Assembly (NCBI RefSeq): GCF_000011805.1
Contig: NC_006840.2
Source: Aliivibrio fischeri ES114
GTDB lineage: Bacteria > Pseudomonadota > Gammaproteobacteria > Enterobacterales > Vibrionaceae
Length of the DNA stretch: 32,000 nt
Strand: one strand, 5' to 3'
The notes below the pieces were generated by a model. It was not told the origin of the DNA. It did not search any database and saw only the letters and a program-made list of their open reading frames with translations. The translations under genes were made by a program, and so were the position numbers. Positions 1 to 9,054 of this stretch are shown in pieces (position 1 is the first letter of the stretch; every line of letters begins with the position of its first letter).

Positions 1-782
1 GTCTTACCGCCAAGTTGACTCCAGAGCAAACGGATTTAAAAAATTACGCTACCACATTAATGCAATTGCGTATTAAGCACCCAGCGCTATCTAAGGGTAA
101 AAGAGTTAATCTAGTAGCTAATAAAGCAGTCTATATCGATCATAAACAATCTGAAAATGATGCCATTGTTTATATGGTAAGTACTCAAGAGGCAGATCAA
201 ACGCTCTCCTTAGATGCAGAACAGATCGGGTCAAAAGGTAACTTAATTGATCTAATCACCGGGCAGATTTTCACTCCAATGAATGGAATATACACCATCC
301 CATTATCCAACTTTGAAAGTCGATTTTTAACAATAGAAGAGCCAAATAGTACAGGGCCTATCATAGAGCAAAAAGAAATAGCGCTATATGGCAGTGGTTT
401 TATGGCGCAATGCGATAACCCTACTATCACAGACACCAACGCCCCTTTACAAGATACCTTATATTTAGTTGGCGATTTCTCTGACTCTCCTTGGAGCCAT
501 AAAGAAACCAGAGCGTATCAATATAAAGGAAACAACATTTATCAAGTGGTCATCAATGAAAAACGAGGCCCTTATAAAATGCAATATGCAACAAAAGGTT
601 GGAGCGCTCAATATACCGCTGAAGGACTATCACCCAAATTGGGACAATCAAATAAACTCATTACTAGTGGCTATGGCCAAGATACCGCCATCTATCTTCC
701 TGAAGATGGTAACTACGTTTGGAGCTTAGAGTTCAATTCCCAAGGAGAGCCAAAATCAATGATGGTTTCTAAGTGTAAATAA
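1..782 (+). CDS. C-terminal part of an alpha-amylase-family (GH13-like) protein with an extra C-terminal beta-rich domain; truncated at the left edge
   Basis: Frame is open to the window edge (reads LTAKLTPEQTDLKNY... before the TTG at 15). The segment LMQLRIKHPALSKG...VYMVST resembles the C-terminal end of GH13 amylases. Stop TAA at 780-782. Located next to lamB and malM. Confidence 0.65.
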   Translation, partial: LTAKLTPEQTDLKNYATTLMQLRIKHPALSKGKRVNLVANKAVYIDHKQSENDAIVYMVSTQEADQTLSLDAEQIGSKGNLIDLITGQIFTPMNGIYTIPLSNFESRFLTIEEPNSTGPIIEQKEIALYGSGFMAQCDNPTITDTNAPLQDTLYLVGDFSDSPWSHKETRAYQYKGNNIYQVVINEKRGPYKMQYATKGWSAQYTAEGLSPKLGQSNKLITSGYGQDTAIYLPEDGNYVWSLEFNSQGEPKSMMVSKCK

Positions 783-824
783 GCCCTCCTTTACCTTAAT
801 TTAATGAATAAAATATGAACTATT

Positions 825-854
825 TCTAACCAACAATGTCTATTGTTGGTTAGA
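825..854. terminator. Perfect 13-bp inverted repeat with a 4-nt loop (TCTAACCAACAAT-GTCT-ATTGTTGGTTAGA); possible terminator or 3' stabilising hairpin downstream of the amylase gene
   Basis: Arms read directly from the sequence; 43 bp after the stop codon. No strong T tract follows it. Confidence 0.55.
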
Positions 855-973
855 TCACATTTCTGATTATTTCTTAATTTCCCTCTTTTACGATTTTCTT
901 CATTATTTCCAATTTCAAAATATCTTTCGACGTGAGCCTTATCTCATAAATATTTTCAATCACTCCTACTAAG

Positions 974-989
974 TGTGATTATTATCAAA
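974..989. promoter_or_regulatory. Candidate CRP site TGTGA-TTATTA-TCAAA
   Basis: Matches TGTGA-N6-TCACA in 9 of 10 core positions; lies upstream of lamB and of the MalT-box-like elements. Confidence 0.5.
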
Positions 990-1012
990 AGAAGACCTGC
1001 CATTCATTTTTC

Positions 1013-1055
1013 TCATCCTTAGTACTACGCCCTATCATCCTTAAAAAGAGGAGGA
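1013..1055. promoter_or_regulatory. Candidate MalT boxes: TCATCC (1013-1018) and TCATCC (1035-1040), i.e. GGATGA on the minus strand, and GGAGGA (1050-1055) on the plus strand
   Basis: The MalT box core is GGA(T/G)GA. The two minus-strand copies are 22 bp apart and the region is upstream of the maltoporin gene. Confidence 0.45.
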
Positions 1056-1192
1056 GGGCAAAATACCTATTTATTTTTAATCTGTGTCTCGTTCGATAAC
1101 GACAGATGTTTACTTCACTTCCCTACACTGCCATGAGTTAAGTAAACGTTTTCAAATCAAAATATCCTGAAAAAAGGAAATAGGATTTTAAG

Positions 1193-2533
1193 ATGAAAAT
1201 GAATAAATACACATTGCTTGCCGCTGCTGTTTCTACAGCACTATTTTCTGGCGCTACACTTGCTGAAACTGATGTTGCACTGGATGTCATCACAGGTGAC
1301 GAAGCAGCACCAAAAGTTGAAAAAGTAAATGGAACTGATGTTATTTCAGATGGTTGGGAAGTTCACGGTTACGCGTCAATGAACTTCCGCATGGTAGATG
1401 GTGAAACGGTTGATACTGAGTTTGGTAAACCAGACTATAAAACAGCAGGTACTCACGGAAAAAGTACTAACCAAGTTGAATTTGTAATCAAAAAACATAC
1501 TGAACACGCAAATGGCGTTTGGTCTGACTTTGTCGTTCGATCTGAATACGGTAATGGTAACTCTTACGCTTACTCATCTCCTGGTAGCCAAAAAGCCAAC
1601 ACAACGGCACAATTTGAAATCAAAGAAACTTATGTTGAAATTGGTGGCTTGTCTTACCTAGGTGAAGATACATCTATCTGGGGTGGTCAACGTTACCTAA
1701 ACCGTTCTGCAAGTGTACTATCGGGTGAATTCTGGAAACAATCATCAGGCGTTGGTGCAGGTATTCAAACTAAACTTGGTGGCAACACAGCAGGTTTTGC
1801 AATTGTTGCCGCAGATACTGATAGTGATATCAATAGCGGAGCCAGTGACAGACAAACATTAACCTCACACGATTTATACTACTACGGTGTTGATGTTGGC
1901 TTTGGTAGCTTAGATTTTGATTTCAAATACATCACTCAAGCTAATGTTCAAGATGATGACGGTTTCGGCGCATCTATCACATTAAACTCTAGTTACTATG
2001 GCCTAGATGGTTGGTCACAAACAGCGATTGCTTACGGTAAAGGCGCAGCGCAAAACCGTGGTGTGAACTTTGGTAGCTGGTCAGGTGGCGATGACAATGC
2101 TGAATCTATCTTCTTCACTTCAGGCGGTGTGGTAAACATTTCTGAAAACTGGCAAATGGGTTCTGAGGTAACATACTTTGCTGGGTTGGATGAATTGTTT
2201 AGTGCCAAAGATCTAAAACGCTACATCGTTGCAGCGCGTCCATCATACAAAGTAAATGATAACCTTCGTCTTGAAGCGACAGGTTCTTACGCTCATGAAG
2301 AAGTTGAAGTTGGCGGAGTATGGGGTAAAAGTGCAGATGCCGCAGAAAGCGATATTGTTAACTTAGAGTTAGCAGCCGCATTTACGGTAAACGCGGACTA
2401 CTTTGGTCGTCCACAAATCAAACCATACGTAAGTTATATCCTAGCTGATGATGAAGCAAGTGCTAAAGATATTGGCATTAAAGATGGTAAGTCAGAAACA
2501 ATTATCGGTGTACACACTGAAATCTGGTTCTAA
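1193..2533 (+). CDS. lamB: Maltoporin (LamB family outer membrane porin)
   Basis: 446 aa; signal peptide MKMNKYTLLAAAVSTALFSGATLA; GYFRMG-like beginning (WEVHGYASMNFRM), WGGQRYLNR segment and terminal WF typical of maltoporins. Confidence 0.93.
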   Translation: MKMNKYTLLAAAVSTALFSGATLAETDVALDVITGDEAAPKVEKVNGTDVISDGWEVHGYASMNFRMVDGETVDTEFGKPDYKTAGTHGKSTNQVEFVIKKHTEHANGVWSDFVVRSEYGNGNSYAYSSPGSQKANTTAQFEIKETYVEIGGLSYLGEDTSIWGGQRYLNRSASVLSGEFWKQSSGVGAGIQTKLGGNTAGFAIVAADTDSDINSGASDRQTLTSHDLYYYGVDVGFGSLDFDFKYITQANVQDDDGFGASITLNSSYYGLDGWSQTAIAYGKGAAQNRGVNFGSWSGGDDNAESIFFTSGGVVNISENWQMGSEVTYFAGLDELFSAKDLKRYIVAARPSYKVNDNLRLEATGSYAHEEVEVGGVWGKSADAAESDIVNLELAAAFTVNADYFGRPQIKPYVSYILADDEASAKDIGIKDGKSETIIGVHTEIWF

Positions 2534-2547
2534 CTGAGTTAAAGTGA

Positions 2548-2573
2548 AAGGCGGCCAAATGGCTGCCTTTTTG
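2548..2573 (+). terminator. Rho-independent terminator after lamB
   Basis: AGGCGGCC-AAAT-GGCTGCCTTTTT: 8-bp stem with one G:U pair, followed by a T run. Confidence 0.8.
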
Positions 2574-2606
2574 CGTTTATTATCACCTTAATAATGGAGT
2601 ATCGTG

Positions 2607-3434
2607 ATGAACACGAAAAAATTGTTACTTAGCTTATTTATCGGTCTCTCTTTGACTGCGTGTTCTTCAACCGAAGCCATACAACAACAGCCGATAAAAC
2701 CACTCGCAAACTCTCAAGTATGCTGTAGTGACTTTTCTCAATATCCTTGGATACAGCTAGCAACAACAGAAGATATCAATTTCCAATTAGATAAAGATTC
2801 ACCTATTGGTCACTTTTCTGATGGAAACAGCTATTTTAATGCCTTCAAATTCGCTGAACGTTCAGGAAAAGTACAACTTCGCCTCTCTAGTTTAATGATT
2901 AATGACTCAGTCGCAGCACCAAAACTCATTGCTCTCGATCATGAGTTTAATGTGGTAAGTACAACAAGTTTAGACCAATTTGATGTCAAGCCATCCGATG
3001 CATTTACTCGTACTCAGTTTCAATTAAATTTCCAACTTAATGCAGCTAAAACCCCTTATTTTATTATCTATTCTTCTAATGAGTATTTAGGTCAATCTAT
3101 TAAGGTGAAGCACCCAGCAAGGATCAGAGCGGAAGAATTAGGTGAACCGATGCCAATGGTAACGGATCCAACTTATGCTTATGAGCGTTTTGGTAAACTA
3201 AAGCTATCGATAAAAACGCTTTCATTACAAGCGGATAAACAAGCAGATCAACAACCTAAAGTAGCAATAAAATCAGCACAACCAGAAACCCACACTTTCT
3301 ATAAAGAGGCTATTGTTGAGGCAGTAAAAACAAACGACATACCTAAAGCATTAGCGCTGCTAGAGGAAGCAAAATCGCTAGGAATTCAAGATGCTCAAGA
3401 TACATTTGTTCAAGCTTTAGAAAGTCAAAAATAA
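2607..3434 (+). CDS. malM: Maltose operon periplasmic lipoprotein, MalM-like
   Basis: Lipobox LSLTAC near the N-terminus; position directly after lamB; MalM-type segments (FPWIQL-like YPWIQLATTEDINFQLD, TYAYERFGKLKLSI). ATG at 2607 preferred over the listed GTG at 2604. Confidence 0.8.
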   Translation: MNTKKLLLSLFIGLSLTACSSTEAIQQQPIKPLANSQVCCSDFSQYPWIQLATTEDINFQLDKDSPIGHFSDGNSYFNAFKFAERSGKVQLRLSSLMINDSVAAPKLIALDHEFNVVSTTSLDQFDVKPSDAFTRTQFQLNFQLNAAKTPYFIIYSSNEYLGQSIKVKHPARIRAEELGEPMPMVTDPTYAYERFGKLKLSIKTLSLQADKQADQQPKVAIKSAQPETHTFYKEAIVEAVKTNDIPKALALLEEAKSLGIQDAQDTFVQALESQK

Positions 3435-3450
3435 TTTCTTTCCTAAATAA

Positions 3451-3490
3451 AAAAAAGCTTCTAACTTAATTAATTAGTTAGAAGCCTTTT
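3451..3490. terminator. Bidirectional terminator between malM and the convergent malic enzyme gene
   Basis: Perfect 10-bp stem GCTTCTAACT(3457-3466)/AGTTAGAAGC(3476-3485), preceded by an A run and followed by CTTTT. Confidence 0.85.
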
Positions 3491-3511
3491 CTACATAAAA
3501 GATAAAGCGAA

Positions 3512-4759
3512 TTACGCTTCCATGTATCCTTTAGGCATTTCTATACGAGCGACACCGGAGTCAACAGCAGCTTGTGCTACCGCTTTAGCAACTCGTGGAA
3601 GTAGACGAGGATCCATTGGTTTTGGAATGATATAGTCAGAGCCAAATGTCAAGGATTCAACGCCAGCGGCTTTTAATACCTCAACGGGTACTTCTTCTTT
3701 AGCTAATTGACGAATAGCCTCAACAGCAGCTAGCTTCATTTCATCATTAATTTCACTTGCACGCACATCTAGCGCACCACGGAAGATAAATGGGAAACAA
3801 AGCACATTATTTACTTGGTTTGGATAATCAGAACGGCCTGTACCCATGATTAAGTCAGAACGAACTTCATGAGCCAATTCAGGTTTAATTTCAGGATCTG
3901 GATTTGAACATGCAAACACAACTGGTTTATCAGCCATTAGCTTCAGATCTTCTGCATCTAATAAATTTGGACCAGATACACCCAAGAATAAATCGGCACC
4001 TTCGATAACATCTTGCAGTGTGCGCTTATCGGTATTGTTTGCAAAACGTTGTTTGTACTCATTAATATCGTCACGACGAGTATGAATCACACCTTTACGA
4101 TCCAGCATGTAGATCTTCTCACGCATTGCGCCACACTTAATAAGCAGCTCCATACATGCAACGGCAGCTGCACCAGCACCTAAACATACAATGATCGCAT
4201 CTTCTAACTTCTTACCTTGCAGCTCAATCGCATTTAACATACCAGCAGCAGTTACGATTGCAGTACCATGTTGATCATCATGGAATACTGGCACATCACA
4301 AATTTCAATAAGGCGACGTTCAATCTCAAAACAATCAGGTGCTTTAATATCTTCTAAGTTAATACCACCAAATGTATCTGCAATATTAGCAACTGTATCA
4401 ACAAACTCATCAATCGTGCGGTGTTTTACTTCGATATCAATAGAGTCTAAGCCTGCAAAACGTTTAAAAAGAAGCGACTTACCTTCCATTACTGGTTTTG
4501 ATGCAAGAGGACCTAAGTTACCTAAACCAAGAATTGCCGTACCATTTGAAATAACCGCAACCATATTGCCTTTTGATGTGTATTTATAAACATCATCAGG
4601 GTTCTTTGCAATTTCACGTACAGGCTCAGCCACACCAGGGCTGTAAGCCAAAGCAAGGTCTTCTACTGTGTCAGCAGGTTTAGTCAATGCAACTTCAATT
4701 TTACCTGGAGTTGGGTAAGCGTGATAATCTAGAGCTTGCTTGCGAAATTCTTCAGACAT
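3512..4759 (-). CDS. Malic enzyme (malate dehydrogenase, oxaloacetate-decarboxylating), short form without a phosphotransacetylase-like domain
   Basis: 415 aa with LAYSPGVAEPVREI, GLGNLGPLASKPVMEGK, DIKAPDCFEIE, PVFHDDQHGTAIV and VFACSNPDPEI motifs. Confidence 0.93.
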   Translation of the reverse strand: MSEEFRKQALDYHAYPTPGKIEVALTKPADTVEDLALAYSPGVAEPVREIAKNPDDVYKYTSKGNMVAVISNGTAILGLGNLGPLASKPVMEGKSLLFKRFAGLDSIDIEVKHRTIDEFVDTVANIADTFGGINLEDIKAPDCFEIERRLIEICDVPVFHDDQHGTAIVTAAGMLNAIELQGKKLEDAIIVCLGAGAAAVACMELLIKCGAMREKIYMLDRKGVIHTRRDDINEYKQRFANNTDKRTLQDVIEGADLFLGVSGPNLLDAEDLKLMADKPVVFACSNPDPEIKPELAHEVRSDLIMGTGRSDYPNQVNNVLCFPFIFRGALDVRASEINDEMKLAAVEAIRQLAKEEVPVEVLKAAGVESLTFGSDYIIPKPMDPRLLPRVAKAVAQAAVDSGVARIEMPKGYMEA

Positions 4760-4981
4760 GATGGTTTCCTGATTTAAAAGGTAACGTCAAAATAGTAAAC
4801 CTCTATATTAGTTGATCTAGCTCAAACTTCATAGCCTTTGCTTACAGATCGTACCAACAAAAATGCCGAGCTATCGTACAAATTTGAGTTAGTGATAATT
4901 CAACTAAATACAGAAGAAATAAAAGACACAATAAGAATAATCGAATACAAAAATGAAAAAATCGTAAATTGCAGATATAAA

Positions 4982-5010
4982 AAAAGGAGCCCTATTGGAC
5001 TCCTCTTTTA
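4982..5010 (-). terminator. Terminator downstream of rpmE
   Basis: On the minus strand AGGAGTCCAATAGGGCTCCTTTTT: GC-rich stem followed by T run. Confidence 0.7.
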
Positions 5011-5024
5011 TCGGAAATTGGTAA

Positions 5025-5243
5025 TTATTTCTTAGAACCAATTGCACCGAAACGTTTGTTGAAGCGATCAACACGGCCGCCTGTATCAACGATACGTTGC
5101 TTACCAGTGTAGAACGGGTGACATTTGTCACATACGTCTAGGTGGATTGAATCTTTGCCTAGTGCAGAGTTGAATTCGAACTCGTTGCCGCAAGAACAAG
5201 TAGCTTTAACAGCTGTGTATTCTGGGTGGATACCTACTTTCAT
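5025..5243 (-). CDS. rpmE: 50S ribosomal protein L31 (zinc-binding, four-cysteine form)
   Basis: 72 aa, [22 protein letters not shown]...[24 protein letters not shown]. Confidence 0.96.
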   Translation of the reverse strand: MKVGIHPEYTAVKATCSCGNEFEFNSALGKDSIHLDVCDKCHPFYTGKQRIVDTGGRVDRFNKRFGAIGSKK

Positions 5244-5482
5244 GGGAAAACCTTAATAGTTTAGGCCGTGTCGCTATCCGATTCTAATGCCGGACACCAC
5301 ACGTAGTTTAACAAAAATAGTAAGCGTAAATGGATTACACTTACTTAAGGTCGCGTATAGTAATGAATCTGGAGCGATCAATCAACTGATCTGTTACTTT
5401 TTTCACCGATTTTTTTACCCATTTGCGATATTTCTATCTAAGGGTAGACTATTCTCATTCCAATTTCTTAATGATGTTAACC

Positions 5483-7684
5483 ATGCCCTATTCAATCGCT
5501 CATGTTGCACTGCCTGTTCCACTTGATCGCACCTTTGATTATCTTATTAAATCAGAGCAAAAACCTGTGATCGGTGGACGAGTAAAAGTCCCTTTTGGGC
5601 GTCAGCGTTTAATTGGTGTGGTAACAAAACTCAGCAATGAATCTGAGTTTGCTCGTGAGAAATTAAAAGCCATCGATGTTGTCATTGATGAACAAAGCTT
5701 ATGGCCTACCAATTTATACAAATTATTAAATTGGAGCAGTACGTATTATCAGTATCCATTAGGAGACACCTTAGCGAATGCAATGCCTTCATGGCTTAGA
5801 AAAGGAAGAGAAGCCAATTTTGCTTCGTTAAAAGCTTGGCAAATTACCGAGCTAGGTAAGAATCAAGATTTAAATAAGCTAACCCGAGCGCCAAAACAAG
5901 CCAAAGCACTCAATTTAGTAAGACATCAACAATGCAGCCATGAGCAAATGCTTGAAGAAGAAGTGACTGCAGCCACACTAAAAACGATTTCAGATAAAGG
6001 TTGGATTAAAGAGGTATCTCTCGCTCCGACACCAAGCTATTGGTATCGAGATGTTGAAGTCACTCAAGAAAAACCTCAACTCAATGAAGAGCAATCTATC
6101 GCTATTGCTACGGTCAATGCGAATCCTGAATTTGGTTGTTATCTATTGGAAGGGGTTACGGGCTCAGGAAAGACTGAAGTCTATTTACAACTTCTAGAAC
6201 CAATTTTAAAAGCGGGACGACAAGCGCTTATCTTGGTTCCTGAAATTGGTTTAACGCCGCAAACCATTAATCGTTTTAAGCGTCGCTTTAATGTACCTGT
6301 TGATGTTATTCACTCAGGACTTAATGACACTGAGCGTTTAAATGCATGGCTAGCAGCAAGAGATAATCACGCCGGTATCATCATTGGTACTCGTTCGGCT
6401 CTGTTTACGCCTTTTCATGATTTAGGGATCATCATTGTTGATGAAGAACATGATGCCTCTTATAAGCAACAAGACAGCATGAGATATCATGCCCGCGATT
6501 TAGCCGTGATGAGAGCCAACTTAGATAACATCCCTATTATTCTAGGCTCAGCAACGCCAGCGTTAGAAACATTACACAATGCGAATGTTGGGAAATATCA
6601 TCATCTAACACTAACCAAACGCGCAGGTACTGCCATTCCGGCTCGTCATGGTGTTCTTGATGTAAAAGGCTTATATCTTAATAGCGGTCTATCAGCACCA
6701 TTAATTGCTCAGATGAGAAAACACTTATCTGAAGGCAATCAGGTTATGCTGTTTTTAAACCGCAGAGGCTTTTCACCAGCACTAATGTGCCATGAATGTG
6801 GTTGGATGGCAGAATGTAAACGTTGTGATGCGTTCTATACTTTCCACCAACACTCTAATGAAATTCGTTGTCACCACTGTGGTTCACAGCAGCCAATTAT
6901 CCATCAATGTCAGGGATGCGGATCGACGCAGTTAATTTCTGTCGGTGTAGGTACAGAACAACTAGAAACACAATTAACCAATCTATTTCCTGAATACAAA
7001 ACGGTTCGTATTGATAGAGATAGCACCCGTCGTAAAGGTAGCTTAGAAGACTATTTAGAAGCGATTAAGAATAATGAATACCAAATTTTAATTGGTACTC
7101 AAATGCTAGCAAAAGGCCACCACTTTCCTAACGTGACTTTGGTTGGGTTAATCGACGTAGACAGCTCTCTGTTTAGTAGTGATTTTCGAGCGCCTGAAAG
7201 ATTAGCTCAATTATTTATTCAGGTTGCAGGACGTGCAGGGCGTGCAAGTAAACCAGGTGAGGTAATTCTGCAAACTCATCATCCAGAACACTCTTTATTA
7301 CAAAGTTTATTACATCATGGTTATGGGCATTTTGCAGAGCACGCTTTAAAAGAGCGTAAATTTGCTCAATTACCACCTTATACCCATTTGTCTCTTTTTA
7401 GAGCTGAAGCAAATAATAACGAAAACGTGGAACAATTCTTACGACAAGTGCGTGATATTTTAGAAAGCCACCCACAATTTCATGATGCAACACCAGTACT
7501 TGGGCCGATCCCTGCCCCATTAGCTCGTCGCGCCGGTAAATATCGTTGGCAGCTATTGTTCCAGGCTCCAAACCGGACAGTAATGCAATCAATGCTTCGC
7601 GGTGCAAAAACCGCCATTGAACTTTTACCCCTAGCAAAAAAAGTTCGATGGACTTTAGATATTGAGCCACAAGATTTAAGTTAA
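5483..7684 (+). CDS. priA: Primosomal protein N' (PriA helicase)
   Basis: Walker A GVTGSGKTEVY, DEEHD, zinc-binding cysteines (CHECGWMAECKRCDAF...CHHCG...CQGCG). Conserved start MPYSIAHVALPVPLDRTFDYL is at 5483, not 5423. Confidence 0.96.
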   Translation: MPYSIAHVALPVPLDRTFDYLIKSEQKPVIGGRVKVPFGRQRLIGVVTKLSNESEFAREKLKAIDVVIDEQSLWPTNLYKLLNWSSTYYQYPLGDTLANAMPSWLRKGREANFASLKAWQITELGKNQDLNKLTRAPKQAKALNLVRHQQCSHEQMLEEEVTAATLKTISDKGWIKEVSLAPTPSYWYRDVEVTQEKPQLNEEQSIAIATVNANPEFGCYLLEGVTGSGKTEVYLQLLEPILKAGRQALILVPEIGLTPQTINRFKRRFNVPVDVIHSGLNDTERLNAWLAARDNHAGIIIGTRSALFTPFHDLGIIIVDEEHDASYKQQDSMRYHARDLAVMRANLDNIPIILGSATPALETLHNANVGKYHHLTLTKRAGTAIPARHGVLDVKGLYLNSGLSAPLIAQMRKHLSEGNQVMLFLNRRGFSPALMCHECGWMAECKRCDAFYTFHQHSNEIRCHHCGSQQPIIHQCQGCGSTQLISVGVGTEQLETQLTNLFPEYKTVRIDRDSTRRKGSLEDYLEAIKNNEYQILIGTQMLAKGHHFPNVTLVGLIDVDSSLFSSDFRAPERLAQLFIQVAGRAGRASKPGEVILQTHHPEHSLLQSLLHHGYGHFAEHALKERKFAQLPPYTHLSLFRAEANNNENVEQFLRQVRDILESHPQFHDATPVLGPIPAPLARRAGKYRWQLLFQAPNRTVMQSMLRGAKTAIELLPLAKKVRWTLDIEPQDLS

Positions 7685-7737
7685 TGTCGGTTTTATCAAC
7701 AATTTTCCTGTTGAAAAAGTGAAACAATCGGCCTTCA

Positions 7738-7753
7738 TGTGAGAGAAATCACA
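7738..7753. promoter_or_regulatory. CRP-type site, exact core TGTGA-GAGAAA-TCACA
   Basis: Exact match to the palindromic CRP core, 123 bp before the cytR start and just downstream of priA. Confidence 0.7.
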
Positions 7754-7875
7754 ATACAGATGTAATTTTTGTTAAACGAGCCGTATTTAAATCTTTATTT
7801 TATGAATAAAATATCTTCTTATTCAAATAGAGCAATCGTTTACTTTAAGATAAAAGTATTAGGGAGAAGATAATT

Positions 7876-8883
7876 ATGGCGACAATGAAGGACGTTGCTT
7901 TATCGGCAGGAGTGTCAACAGCAACGGTATCACGAGCACTAATGACACCAGAAAAAGTATCATTATCCACTCGTAAGCGCGTTGAAGATGCAGTATTAGA
8001 AACGGGTTACTCACCAACTACGTTAACTCGAACATTACGACGCAATGAGTCAAAAACCATTGTGACGATTGTTCCTGATATTTGCGATCCTTACTTTAGT
8101 GACATTATTCGCGGTATTGAAGATGCTGCCGTTGAAAATGGTTATGTCATTTTAGTAGGCGACAGCAGTCAGCAAAAAAAACGTGAACACTCCTTTGTAA
8201 ACCTTGTGTATACCAAGCAAGTTGATGGCATGGTATTACTTGGTTCAGACCTCCCTTTTAACGTTAGTCGCCAAGAACAAAAAAATTTACCGCCTCTTGT
8301 AATGGCGTGTGAATATGCACCAGAATTAGAACTACCAACCGTTCATATCGATAACCTTACAGCCGCCTATGAAGCAGTTAACTACCTAACTAAACTAGGG
8401 CATAAAAACATCGCAGAATTATCTGGTCCTGAGAGCTCCGCGCTCTGTCAGTTCAGACATCAAGGTTACCAACAAGCACTTCGCCGTGCGGGTATCACCA
8501 TGAATGCCTCTTATGTGCAATATGGTGATTTCACTTTCGAAGCAGGGGCAAAAGCAATAACTCAACTTCTTTCTCTTTCAACACCACCGACTGCTGTCTT
8601 TTGTCATAACGATATTATGGCAATCGGAGCAATTCAAAAAGCGAAACAAATGGGTTTTAGAGTGCCTCAAGACATTTCTATCATGGGATTTGATGATATT
8701 GAATTCTCTCAATATTGTGATCCTGCATTAACCACGATTTCCCAGCCTCGTTATGAAATAGGTCGTCAATCTATGTTAATGCTACTTGACCTATTAAAAG
8801 GCCATGATGTTCGTTCTGGTTCACGATTACTCGAATCCTCATTGATTGTTAGAGAGAGTACGGCGTCCCCAAAAAACAAATAA
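7876..8883 (+). CDS. cytR: LacI-family transcriptional repressor CytR
   Basis: 335 aa; HTH MKDVALSAGVSTATVSRAL; effector-binding domain ends RQSMLMLLDLLKG...LLESSLIVREST; gene order priA-cytR-ftsN. Confidence 0.92.
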   Translation: MATMKDVALSAGVSTATVSRALMTPEKVSLSTRKRVEDAVLETGYSPTTLTRTLRRNESKTIVTIVPDICDPYFSDIIRGIEDAAVENGYVILVGDSSQQKKREHSFVNLVYTKQVDGMVLLGSDLPFNVSRQEQKNLPPLVMACEYAPELELPTVHIDNLTAAYEAVNYLTKLGHKNIAELSGPESSALCQFRHQGYQQALRRAGITMNASYVQYGDFTFEAGAKAITQLLSLSTPPTAVFCHNDIMAIGAIQKAKQMGFRVPQDISIMGFDDIEFSQYCDPALTTISQPRYEIGRQSMLMLLDLLKGHDVRSGSRLLESSLIVRESTASPKNK

Positions 8884-8918
8884 AACGTCTCGATTCATTC
8901 TTTAAGCCACGTTAACGC

Positions 8919-8978
8919 CAAAAAGTCATAACTCTAGACAATCAATTTGTCTAAATAGTGACTTTTTGCGTACTTTTT
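8919..8978 (+). terminator. Two-tiered hairpin after cytR, likely terminator
   Basis: Outer stem CAAAAAGTCA(8919-8928)/TGACTTTTTG(8959-8968), inner stem TAGACAA(8935-8941)/TTGTCTA(8947-8953), then GCGTACTTTTTT. Confidence 0.55.
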
Positions 8979-9054
8979 TACACAAATACTGGTATGAGTT
9001 CACACAACTGATTACCATAAACGACCATCAGTGAATTTGTGTAAAGTAAAGATT

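Noticed and set aside
843-860. Possible CRP site TGTTG-N6-ATCAC type sequence after the amylase gene
   Set aside because: It overlaps the right arm of the 825-854 hairpin and one half-site matches poorly; a better CRP candidate lies at 974-989.
4838-5131. Small ORFs 4838..5035 (+) and 4904..5131 (-) near rpmE
   Set aside because: They run through the rpmE terminator or overlap rpmE in another frame, lack recognisable domains and have compositions expected of AT-rich noncoding DNA.
5287-5526. 79-aa ORF at 5287..5526 (+)
   Set aside because: Overlaps the start of priA in a different frame; no domain or convincing ribosome binding site.
7398-7727. 109-aa antisense ORF inside priA
   Set aside because: Complement of a strongly conserved coding region; ordinary shadow ORF.
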